Origin: Sphaerodactylus townsendi
Taxonomy: Eukaryota
Assembly (NCBI RefSeq): GCF_021028975.2
Contig: NC_059428.1
Location: 84,444,001-84,508,000, forward strand
Direction: 5' to 3'
DNA: 64,000 bases
Below, piece after piece: positions 27,899 through 39,231 of the stretch. A program made the position numbers and the translations under genes. Under the pieces are notes generated by a model. That model did no database searches and had not been told where the DNA came from. It worked only from the letters and a program-made list of their open reading frames with translations. Position 1 is the stretch's first letter. Each line of letters starts with the position of its first letter.

Positions 27899-28867
27899 CT
27901 ATAGATGATGCAGAAAAGTATACTATACTTCATTAAGCAGCAACAAACTGTTTGGCTCTAAAATGTTTCAGTACATAAATTATTATTTATCATTTCTCAA
28001 CAGAACTCTCACCTACTAACAAGTATCGACAAAAAATAAACTTTGACAGAGCACATAAATAAAGCCTTGAAATGCCACTACTGAAATACATAGTAGAAAA
28101 AGTATACTACTGCAATTGTGTATGCAACAATGGCCAATGAACACTTATTTCTACAAACATATGCAACAGGTTGGATCCTACAGACTTCAAGTGGGAGAAG
28201 GTATTGCAGTGCATTCCATCTCTCCCAGACCGTAAGACAATGCAGGGGTATCAGGGAGACTTTGTGCGCCAAAAAACACAAAACAGAGGAAGGGAAATCA
28301 GGCAAGAAGATTACAGCTCCTTCCCATGATAGCAAAAATACAGCACAGCAAGCTTTTCCTAGATGAAAAAGGGCAGTTTTGCCCAATTTACCATCATTTC
28401 AGCCAGTGGCATTTTATCTGCACGGCTTCTCCAATGGAGCATTGGCCTTCCAGAGATTTCAGGAATGCCAGCAGAAGGTGTAGAAAGAACTACTACCCAT
28501 GAATATCTTCTGGCATTGATTTTCAGAATCTAGTCCAGTATTTACAAAACTAAACAAACAGATCTTTACATCTGTTAATGTTGTGATTCTATTTTTCATG
28601 TCCAATATTTATAAATTCCTAAGATGGTTATAGAAATCAACACTTTCTACTCAAATTCAGCACATCATTCCATATTTTAATAAACATAAAAACTCTTCCC
28701 GGATTTACTTTATTTATAGTCTGCCTTTTTTGTTGATTAAGGCACAACAATTTTTTCTAAGTAATAAGAAAAAAACCCTAAAATATTTCATAAAGAAACT
28801 GATGACTTATTTTGAATCCTGGAACAACAAAAGCAGTTATTAATCCTAGTCTAGTACAGCTATATAC

Positions 28868-29180
28868 CTAAGGTTTTCTCTTTGTTTTTCTCAACTTCTG
28901 GGTCTTGCTGGCCATCAGGAGGATCAATACGGGTTTCTTCTCTCCCAGGAGTCTCTTCTCGCAGTTCTTCTGCACAGAATTCAGGTCCCAACAGCTTTCT
29001 GTTTCTGGCTATGTAATCCTCCATCTCGTCCAGTGTACCTGCATTTTCTGTGCCATCATAATTTGTTTCTGAACGTTGCAGCATTGTATTCAGTCCTGTA
29101 CACTGGCTGTTCATTAGCTGTTCCTGGTTGCTACTTCCAATCTCACAGATATGTGAGTCTTCTGTAGTAAGAATTAGGCA
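28868..29180 (-). CDS. TXLNG: gamma-taxilin exon 2
   Basis: tttcttccag acceptor; CLILTTEDSH...PPDGQQDPEVEKNKEKTL; G|GTATAT donor; 313 nt. Confidence 0.9.
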
Positions 29181-29538
29181 CTGGAAGAAAGAACAACAGT
29201 GTAAGCCATTTAATAAAAAATGATCTTTTGACTATATTATGATCTAATTTCAACCCAAAAGGTTTTGCGAAAATACGTGACAGGACATTAAGGAGTGTGA
29301 AGTCTGTATGGAAAGAACAAAAAGTTACAAAAAGAGAAATGAGTTCATGCCACTGTGCAACCATGTTGTGTGGCCTCTCATAACACAATTCAATAAGTTT
29401 ACATGAAAGTGACCTATCAAGTTCATTTCTAATATACATTGGATTAGACAGTTCTTTTCAGAATATGAAGAAACTGGGTGAGATGAACAATAGTTTTGTT
29501 AGATGTAATAGCTGTTCAGTCACCTTGATTACCTAGGG

Positions 29539-29686
29539 CAGGGGTAGGGAACCTGCGGCTCTCCAGATGTTCAGGAACTACAATTCCCATCAGCCTCTGT
29601 CAGCATGGCCAATTGGCCATGCTGGTAGGGGCTGATGGGAATTGTAGTTCCTGAACATCTGGAGAGCCGCAGGTTCCCTACCCCTG
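29539..29686. mobile_element. palindromic hAT-type MITE, 148 bp
   Basis: The whole element is an inverted repeat (CAGGGGTAGGGAACC...GGTTCCCTACCCCTG); perfect 8-bp target-site duplication ACCTAGGG at 29531-29538 and 29687-29694. Confidence 0.92.
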
Positions 29687-31399
29687 ACCTAGGGCCTTAC
29701 TGGACCACACAGAACTGCAGCCTATTTGAAAATCTTATATTGGCCACTACTTTAGAATGTAGCAGGCTGTCTGATAATTTTTAAGAGTTTCATAGAACAT
29801 ATAAACTAGTGTTATAGTTCCTCAATTTCAACTTAGGAACTTCCTAAGTTCATACTCCTGCACTGCCATAAAGTTAAGTGAGCTTGAGCCAGTCATACCC
29901 TCAGAATAACTAGAATACTCTAGAGATAAAAGGGAATAAAAAAATCCTAGATATATCATCCCAAATCCTTGAAGGCAGGATGAGATAGACCTGAGACTTC
30001 CTTACTTTCTATACTCAACCATACTTACACTCAAGACTTAAGGGATGAACCAGTGCTCTAAAATTGTGTAAATACAGTTTCAAAGCCATGAACCAGCTAA
30101 AATGTTACATCTAATATGTTGATACATAGGCATTAGCTGCCCATAGACCCTACAGTTAAAAGAACACAGACCCCCCTTGCAAAAAAAAACCACTAGTTTT
30201 TTTCATGTCACAAAGTAGGTTAGACTTTCATTGAGTAGCAAAAAAATCAGTTAATTTTATAAAAGTACTGTCAATAACACTTTACAAAGGAGAAATTCAA
30301 GTGTAAATTCCTTCTCATAATCAAGAAAAAATGGGTATTTGTAACAACATTGTTGTAGCAGGGATTGGGTTAGGTGCAGAATATAATTGCCTTACCACAG
30401 CAACTGGGTAATGACATCTCACACTGGTGCAGACATGCCAAATATTAACAATGTGATGGAAGTGTCTTAATTTCACTCTGCAGTGAGTTCTATTTACAAA
30501 TATAATCAGGGGAAGTATGAAATTGCTGGCAAAGTTATCAGGACTACTAAGTTCTTCTTAGCCCCTTTTTCCTAGTTTACTTCTGTTTAAAGGAAGAGAA
30601 ACACCAATTTATTAAAGAATATATGCATTGCATGCTTCATTATTCTATATCAATGTGTTATGTAGTGTTCCTGCTTAAGAACGGAAGCGTTCTATAAAAG
30701 ACTGAAAGCGATTGTAAGAAAGCTCTATTGTTGCTTGAATACAGCTATTTACTGGTCACATGAGAAATGGATTTTGAACCTGGTTGTCCTGCTCAAAGGC
30801 AGGATACCGTAACTGCTGCCAAAAACTTGAGTAGACATGAGTTAGGACACTGCAAAAATATATGCCAGTTAGTTAAACAAGTTTGTAAGTTATAAAACTG
30901 AATTGTACAACCATAGCATTATCAAGGCTAACTTTATGATTTAACCAGATTCTACAGAGTACTCTGCTTTGAACATCCAAGTTACCAATCACATCACATT
31001 TTTTGTGACGAAATGCAACTATAATAGCAATTCTGATACAGCCCTCATTCACTGTGACAATATGCTCTTTTAAAAAGTTTTATTTAACAGCATTACACCC
31101 TCTTTATTCAATTAAAACATTTGCAGAACAAACAAACTATGTATAACAGTTCTGCAGTTAAGGAAACTGCCAGGAAAAAAAAAACACCGAGAGAGAAGTA
31201 ATTAAGACAACATAATGGCATGTATAGGGTTTTAAGGCCTGAAAATACAAGCTACTGAAGAAACAAAACGATGCACCCTCCTATGTCGTTTTTAACAATC
31301 TAGTTCTGCAGATCGATTATATTGGTTACGTTCCGGAGACATTTACCAATTTACCCAAACCAAGTTTGGCATCGAACACGCATATGAAAAGATAAACAA

Positions 31400-32700
31400 G
31401 CACCGTATAACCCAGCACTCGGGCGTGAAGAAAGAGGGATAAAAGAAGTTTAACAGCGACTTGCCGCCTGCGATGCTCACTGGCTACCCCACCCCCCACC
31501 CCCCTTGGCGGGGAACTGATAGCGCGCTGGCTTTTGCAGGAGGAAAGAAAAACCGCACTGAAGAGCCAATGAGGCGGGACCCTACAGCCCCCTCCCCCCT
31601 AAGACGGTCCCAGAAGTTTGACTTCATCTATTGCTTCTTCCTCCCGACCTCCCTCCAGGTGAGCCGTGGCGCCTGAGCGGCTCACACCGCAGTCACGAGG
31701 GCCGGTAGCGAGCGCCTGTGGCGCCCCCTAGAGGTTCGCGCGCAACCCGCTTCGAGCCCCCTTACTGCTCACGAGATCCCGCCACGAGCAGATCCCCCCC
31801 GCCGCCGCGGGACCAGCCTCCCCCTCCTCTGACCAACCGCTCGTCTGGAGCAGAGGCGACCCCAGCCGGGTAGAGGAGAGCGAAGCGGCGGGCTGTTACC
31901 TCAGAGCCGCCCGCCGCCGATCCCGGGGCTTCTCCCTCGCCCGGCCCCTGCGGATGTTCCACGCTCCCCTCGGGCCGTGTCGCTCGGCTCCCTCCGCCAC
32001 ACGCGAGTTCTGCTCTGCGCGCCGCCATAATGTGACGGCGGTACCCAAACAAGCCGGCCCACACCAGAAACACACCGGAAGTAAGCCTGAGGACGCCGGG
32101 TCCGCGGCCTCATTCTCGGTTGAGCCAATCAGCGGACAGCTTTCAGTGTCACGGCACGCACTACGCCATTCTGCCCCGCCTCCCCAGAGCCCGGATGAAG
32201 AGAAAACTCCAAGGGCTTCTCTTGTTATCTCGCATCAGGTGACTACAGCTCCCAGTGTGCCCTGCGCAGCGCACGTTCGGAAGAGACACGAACAGCCTTT
32301 TCGCTTTTCCCAACACAAAGTCGCGCCAGAGAAACGCTATAGGCTAATTCAATCGCATTGCTTCTTGGGAAACGTAGTCTTTCTGCCGTGTTGCCGTCCT
32401 TTGCACATGGTGGGGATATGCATCGGTTTCACTCAGGGCGCCTACTGCTGTTGAAGCGCTCTGTGCGGAAAGCGCTCGACTCCACGCTAGGGTGAGTCTG
32501 GAATTACCTACTTCGCCAGCAGTTTGGTCGAGATAGATAGGGTGAAATGCTTTTCAAGAGGGCGACTAAGTTGGTGGGTAAGTCACCGCCTTTGGCGCCA
32601 CAAGCAGTTTGAGGATCAGGACGACTAAGCGCTAATTTCTGGTCCACAGTTCAATGACAGGTGGTTGGCACTTACCAAGCATTGAAAGAACAGGCGTCGA
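31400..32700. promoter_or_regulatory. TXLNG CpG island and promoter
   Basis: High GC and CpG density; ETS CCGGAAGT 32075-32082, CCAAT box 32123-32132, GC box about 32173-32183, two ACTACAnnTCCCA-type (ZNF143/THAP11) motifs at 32241-32266 (+) and 32354-32379 (-). Confidence 0.85.
31900..32028 (-). CDS. TXLNG: gamma-taxilin coding exon 1 (start codon)
   Basis: ATG at 32028 in a CpG island; MAARRAELACGGGS...AAGGSE then GAG|GTAACA donor; 129 nt, phase 0 matches the next exon. Confidence 0.85.
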
Positions 32701-34087
32701 AGAAGGAACACTGAATCTTAGTTGAATTTATTCAGACTGAACTCTCTTTGTCGTTGTAAAATTCTGTGTCGTTTGAGTTCATCTACTAATTGGCCTTGCT
32801 AATGTCACTGTAACCTGGTAACAGTGGACCAACTGTCGTGGTGCTGCGGTGAGGAACCATCATTTAATCACCCGGAAAATGTGACATAAAGCATGTAAGT
32901 GGAAACTTACAAGGCCAGAGTGCCCATTTAAATTTCCCTTTTTCAAAGCATGGGTTATGCCAGATTATACACTCTCTGTCCCACTATACCCTGTCCCACC
33001 AAAAGATCTCAGGAGATTTTTGAATTAATCCATCACCACTTCCTGAACCTCCTTCCTTGTACAGTGTTCCCGTTGGGTCCTAGTGCCTAATGCCCTCAAA
33101 ACTCCTGTCCTAATACTCTGGAAAGTTTCTCTCAATTCTACTCTGCATAGTGCTGTGGAGGACAATGATCATTGTGGGATCAACTCTGCTGTAGTCTTCC
33201 CTGGAAAAAAAAAAGATGTTATTCAGACACGAGAGCGAGAAACTAACTTTTCTGGATACAGAAAGAAGTGCTTTCATTTTCATTTACAAAAAAGGAGGGG
33301 ACAACTAAACTATAAGCAAACAACAGACTTTCTTCTGCTTATGGGAGGAATCCAAAGCAAGGCTTCCTAAAAACTTCAAAAACTTCCTCTCTCCGAGCTG
33401 ATACTCTCCCCTCCCACTCTCACAAACAAATGGAAGACTCTTGCCCCAGTTGACAGCCCAATGTGGGATAAGTAGCCTTGGGAATGTGCTGGAAGGGGAG
33501 GAACTTCACAGCGGAAGACTTCAAGGCGAGTTGTTGCTGCCTTTTTCCTCCCCGGGTGTCCATGGTGGAGGAGGTGATGTGACTGCCAATCACCCTGTGC
33601 TTTCCTCCCTCCCCTTCCCATGTGCCTGGCATGGAGCTTACACAAAGGCTGGAGAGGAGGACAGTGGGGACTGCAGGGCTCTAACTGGTATAGCCAGCCA
33701 AGGCCAATTGGAACCCTGAGGAGCTACTGTGAGTAGTGATCCACCCTCCCCACAACATGCTCTCATCCAGCACTTGAGCATGCACACACACAAAGCACCA
33801 TGGAGGTAGTGGGCAGGTCTCCCCATTACCCACGCTCCCTCCAGCCCAAATACTAAGCCAGGCTCACCTGCCTCCCCCCACCCGCAATTCATTGCTCACC
33901 TACTCATAGTCCTTTGGGACTATTTTCTACTGTGGAAGCACGCACTTCTACCTCACCACTACTGACAGCGCTTTTATCCTTTTCTGAAACAGTATACATC
34001 AGACCCAAAGCCAGCATTATTAGAAACAATCTCAGCAGCAACATATTGTTAGTCCTATTGTATTATTATGTTATTGTTTATTTACTT

Positions 34088-34152
34088 TGTTGTGCACCGC
34101 CCTGAGCCCTTCGGGGGAGGGTGGTATATAAATTAAATATCTAATCTAACTA
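34088..34152 (+). mobile_element. very short L2-type LINE 3' tail (stem-loop plus simple repeat); other copies at 9138-9196 (+), 37654-37701 (+), 55920-56200 (-) and 62861-62931 (-)
   Basis: Shared core CCCTTYGGGG.(A/T)..GCGGTATA..AAT; the longer copies begin CACCGCCC.GAG; AT-rich microsatellite tails. Confidence 0.7.
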
Positions 34153-35004
34153 CTAGGTGATGTACCAGAAATTGGATAATGTGCTACAATTTCTAGTCTG
34201 CTTCCCCAAAGAGCATGCATGAATTATTATGTAGTGCAGTAGGATTTACTCGGCAGTTCATTATTTCAAGTTCATCAAGAATGCACTACACCTGTGCTTG
34301 CAAATGAAATCTAACATGCCCATTTGAAATGTAAAATTTAAACTATTCATTCTGTTTAACAAACTAATTTCCCAAGTACATATTTTTAATGCTTGTTACA
34401 GATATCTGAAAAAGGAAATTGGCATTTTCATTGCTAAAAAAGTTGCCAGTACAAGACTTAATACTGTTAAGGCATCTTATCTTAGAAAACCAGCCAAAGC
34501 TACATCAGTGATTATCCTCCAAAATTATAGCTAAAGGGCAGGCCCAACCAAAGGAGTTTAGGGCTGGTTGCACGATGCATGCTACCTTGGATGTATGCTA
34601 CCTTCTGTGCCATATGTCCATTCATCTCTATGGGGCTTTTCAGCAGTGGGGAAGTCCAGGGCTTTTTCCTGTTTCCCGCGCCACTGAAAAGCCCATTTGG
34701 AGGGATCATGACCTGCTGCTTCCAGGTTTGGAGGAGACTCAAAGTTTGGTTAAGTATGTAACATGTTCTCAATATGCACTACATTTTATTGAAAACGTAT
34801 TGCTAGGCTGATAATTTTTTGACAGCACTATAGTCTTGGTGAAATCATGATGCTTACTATATAATTAAAATGGGGTCATTTCCAGCTTCAAACTCTAAGT
34901 ACAACAGCAGACAATTGTCTACTATTAGCTGAGGTGATTTTCTTTATGTAATTGAACAGTTAACTAAACTGTGGAGTTTAACTAAACTCCACTTCCAATG
35001 GAGA

Positions 35005-35215
35005 TACTGATGACCAGGAGGATAGGTGGACCGATTCATGTAGGTAGATTCACGCAAGAGAGGCTACCAGCCATGGTAACTGAAGGAAGCCTCCAACTAT
35101 AGAGGCAGCAAATAATTCAATACCAGTGCCGGGAAGAAGCAGTGGGGGAGGGTCTCAGCCTTTATGCCTTCTAGGGCAATTTAGTTGGTCACTATGTTTG
35201 GTTCACTAGAGTTTC
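35005..35215 (+). mobile_element. decayed CR1-type 3' UTR fragment; an inverted relative lies at about 45780-45920
   Basis: CCAGCCATGGTAACTGAAGGAAGCCTCC..AGAGGCAGCAA..TACCAGTGC pattern, recognised from memory as reptile CR1 3' UTR. Confidence 0.45.
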
Positions 35216-35454
35216 CTTTAGAAAACTACCATAGTCTTCCTGAAACTACTCTTTTTTCTTAACGGTTTATTTATGTTCAGCCTAAAATGTAATAAACGAA
35301 ACAAAGAATTCAAAGCACCACTCTTCTTCTATAGTACTGATGTGGAATACAATTATGTAGGCTTCATTATTCTTCAGTATTCATTGGAATTGGTTCCTTT
35401 TCATTAAAAGTAGACCCACATGATACCCATCATATGTTACTGACAACCACAATC

Positions 35455-35460
35455 TTTATT
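35455..35460 (-). terminator. candidate SYAP1 poly(A) signal (AATAAA); a second candidate lies at 34785-34790
   Basis: tttatt on + about 1.5 kb and 2.1 kb past the stop codon. Confidence 0.4.
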
Positions 35461-36935
35461 TGGGAATCCGTGATCACTGATGTTTCAGGCACTCTTACAC
35501 AATGGACATCAGAGAAACTAAGCATAAATCCTTTAGCCATTGTCTTCCATTTCCTGTAGTCAATTTCTCTTCCAAAAGTTCTTAAACGTGAAAATTTTTT
35601 GATTTATTAATTTTGCAGACAGGCTAGTAAAACCAGTAATGGGGCCAAAGTTAGACTTGTATTCTTTTCTAATGAAGTTCTAACTTATTACCTTCTTTAG
35701 AACGCTACTGCTGCACAGATCACTGAACACCTCAGTCGGTCTTTTTTTTTATCCAGCTGTAGCAGTTTTCTGGCCATATCTGTGGAACAGCAGCCATCTT
35801 CTCTGCATTCTGAGATGTGAACTACAATACTCTTCCCCATCTTTTAAGAAATGCTCAACACATTTATTACAGCACCTTTCAACCATACCTACACAAACTG
35901 GGCCTGAATTTCTTGTTACAGTTAGCATCTATCTTTCAAGCTATATTAATAGGATATGAATAGGACTCAAGTGAAGAGGCTCACCTTAAGATATATTGGA
36001 CACCTTATGTTTAAATAAATAGTTTCATTAGAGCTTTCCTTTTGTAGTGCATTTTATGGTTTGGAACCTGTTTTAAATTTTGCTATTAGAAGATGCCCCG
36101 GCCAATTTTAGAGATGGGGGGGGGGGGGGGAGAAATGATTTAAATAAATAGCTTTAGCACAATGCCACCAGCTGATATTTGCTTTAAAAAACGGTTAACC
36201 GTTCTTGTGATTCTCAAAATGGTCCACCAGTACATTCCCCAATTAAATCACTGGAGATTTTATCAACGGGATATTAACATAACTACTGTGGTCAGTTTAC
36301 ATCCTATTTATATTGTATAGCATCACTGTTGAATTACAGAATTAATAATGCTGAGGCTCTGAACGCTTGTAAGAAGTGAAAAGAAAAGTGTGATTAATAT
36401 ATACTATGGTGTCCTATAATCATTACTAAGAAGAGCTAGTAGCCTGAAGTATTTTTATAATTCATATTTATAAAGAATCAAAATGTCAACATGATGTGCC
36501 AGTATTTTTGTGAAAAATTTAAATACAAGTTCTCTATGATTTACCTCACCACAGATAAGAGGTTCATAATATTTTCCACTTAAAAACAGACATCTATGTC
36601 TACTCATCTGAAGAAAACATTGAACAAAGCAATGTTTGCATCTGCTGTGGACCTCCCTGTCTCCTCTTTCCCAAAGCCTCTTTTGCAGTTCCTTCAGTTT
36701 TAAGAAGTGACTGGTTAAACCGTGTATGGAGCTCACAGGCAGGGGTAGGGCCTAAGGACAATCCCCGCATCCTGAACAGACAAGTCCAAATTGCCCTACA
36801 GTTCTCTGGATAGTAGTTACTTATCACCCAGAGCCTTATTTTACAAACAGCAATTTTGTGCCTGAAGAAAGTCTCTGAAGCAAGTATAAAAAAACAAGTC
36901 CTTGTCGGTTTTCAGTGAACATTTAGGCCAAGTGG

Positions 36936-37063
36936 TTAATTTTCTCCCTGAAGCATTTCCTCTATTTCTTTGTCCCAGTTGTTGTCTCTCTTTTCTGATT
37001 CTGTGACCACTTCATACTCTTGAAGTTCCTGTTGAAGTTCCTTTTCCCAGTCTGCAGTTTCTT
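36936..37063 (-). CDS. SYAP1: SYAP1 exon 9 (stop codon)
   Basis: [42 protein letters not shown]; joined CDS is 1074 nt = 357 aa. Confidence 0.97.
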
Positions 37064-38293
37064 CTAAACACAAACAAACATTTGGATTCACTGGACTGTA
37101 TAGTGAATCAAGGCATATTTACCTTCAAGGGACAGACAATGTTATTTCAAGACTAAAATAATGATCGGCAGATTCAACTGTGAAAGAAAATCTGAGGATG
37201 TGGGCTAGCCTATGTGGTTTTCTTTCCACATGAACAGTTCCAACCTTTCTTGAGCACATACTTGTATGGACATGTGTAACATGTGAACCAAGAGATCATT
37301 TGCTACTAGCCATATCTGTTCAAAGAGATTTTTTTTTCTAGTTGGTATTACTATGGAATGTTCAGCTATGTTTTTTAAAATCACCTTCTTGGCCTATTGG
37401 TCTTGTTCATGTGCAAGAATCTTAAGACCAGAAGGAACCTTTGAAATTCCCACATAGAACAGTGGGTACAAACAAAAAATGGCTACTGCAGGAGACGGCA
37501 CTAAACACAAAATGTCAGGGAGCCAGGTTAGTTATGCATTATTCCAGGCATAATTCTTCACTATTTCAGGCAAAAGATCTGTTTAACTGGATGCCTTTTA
37601 AAATGTTTAAAAATACTTTCTTCATTGTGGCAATGTATAAACAGTGTGTATTGCCCTTTGGGGGATAGCGGTATAAAAATTTAATAAATAATAATAATAA
37701 TATTGAAGATCCTTATGCTGTGGTGGCAGCTGCTGCCAAAGCAACATTAAAAAATATGCATAGCCAATCAGCTCTCCAGTGGCCAGCACTGCTGGACCAT
37801 AGTCCCATGTGGTCTAATCCACTTTCAAAAACATTTGGTGGGTGCCAGGAAAGGTGTTGGTGGGCGCCATGGTACCCACAGGCATCGTGTGTTGTGGACC
37901 ACTGCCGTGCATCTATTAATAATTCCAGTTAGTGTAACACAGTAAGTTTTGCAGTTGAGAAAAAGAAACACTTAACAAGAACACAAATTTGTATTTTACC
38001 TTTGGGGTAAGAAGTGAATGACTTTATTGAACCATCTTCTATTTAAAGGTATGCAAAATCAAAGAAATACTTGGTTGGATTCAGTGAACTTTCCTCATTT
38101 AATCTTGGCCAGTTCTCCTCCGTTTTGCAGCTCTTATCCCACAGTGGTTTTTAACATTGATCCTAAGATCCTCCAACCCAGCCTTCTGGACGATCAAAGG
38201 GGATCTCCCTAACTCCCCTTTTCACCCCAGTTGGATCTAACTCAATGTCTTTAGAGATGTAAATGAAAGAATGTAAAACGATATTCATTTTAC

Positions 38294-38441
38294 CTTCCAC
38301 TGTAGCAGTTTCCTCTTTCTTTTTGTCAAGCACAAGTTGTTCAATCTCTTTTCTTAAATCTTCTCGATTTAAGCTGCACGCATCAAAAGCATCGCTCACA
38401 AATTCTGACACACCTGGGCTGGTAGAAATTTCTTCTTCATC
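38294..38441 (-). CDS. SYAP1: SYAP1 exon 8
   Basis: [49 protein letters not shown]; 148 nt. Confidence 0.97.
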
Positions 38442-39172
38442 CTTCAAATGTTAAAATATAAGTGGAAAAATGTAAATATCTCTTAAGTACTTCTTAATGT
38501 CATACCTAGGGAGGGGGGAAACAGAGGTAACTGGCACAGCATTTCTGTACAGACTGAGAACAGAATGGAGAACTGAGACTCTCCTTAAGTTTATGGGCAT
38601 AAATTATCACAGCTGTAGCAAAAAGGAGCTTGATGGATCCATCTGACCTCACTTGTTTTTTCTACTTCTACCATCCCAGACGTGAAAAGCAACAGCAAGT
38701 CTACGAGGTTATTAAGACCTAAGGAGGACTGGATCAGTACTCATGAGCAGTGCAAGTTTTCCCAGGTGGGGAAATAGTACTCTGCTATTTGGAGGAGCTC
38801 ATAGCTAGGGAATAAAGAATAGCCGGGGAAAGCAATGGCAAACTACCCCACAAAAACGGCTTGCCTATGAAATCACTACTTGCAGTGGTACCCCAGGGTC
38901 AAACATGACTGAAGGGGAAACGTTACTTTATTTGGAGGAGGCAAAAGGGAAAACAATGCACCTTGTCCGTTTGACTAGACACGCTGACATTGGCAATTGC
39001 CTAATTTAAAGGGTGGTCTGAATTGCCATGGCCACTCATGTCCCTTAATAAACTTGGGGCTTTGCCATCAGAAGTAGTTCTTCAGAAATAAGTTTCGACT
39101 GACCACATGTTCATAATTAAAACAAAAATACTTAGGTTGTAGATATTGATCAAGAGTACAGGATAGCTTTAC

Positions 39173-39231
39173 CTCTTGAGGTTTTAGCTGAGACTTAATT
39201 GCCACAGGTGGGGTCTTTGGTCGCACAGTTT
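39173..39231 (-). CDS. SYAP1: SYAP1 exon 7
   Basis: ETVRPKTPPVAIKSQLKPQE; 59 nt. Confidence 0.94.

Noticed and set aside
31954-32454. 166-aa + strand ORF over the TXLNG promoter, and similar ORFs at 48955-50501
   Set aside because: GC-rich CpG-island shadow ORFs, antisense to or overlapping real first exons, with no recognisable domain
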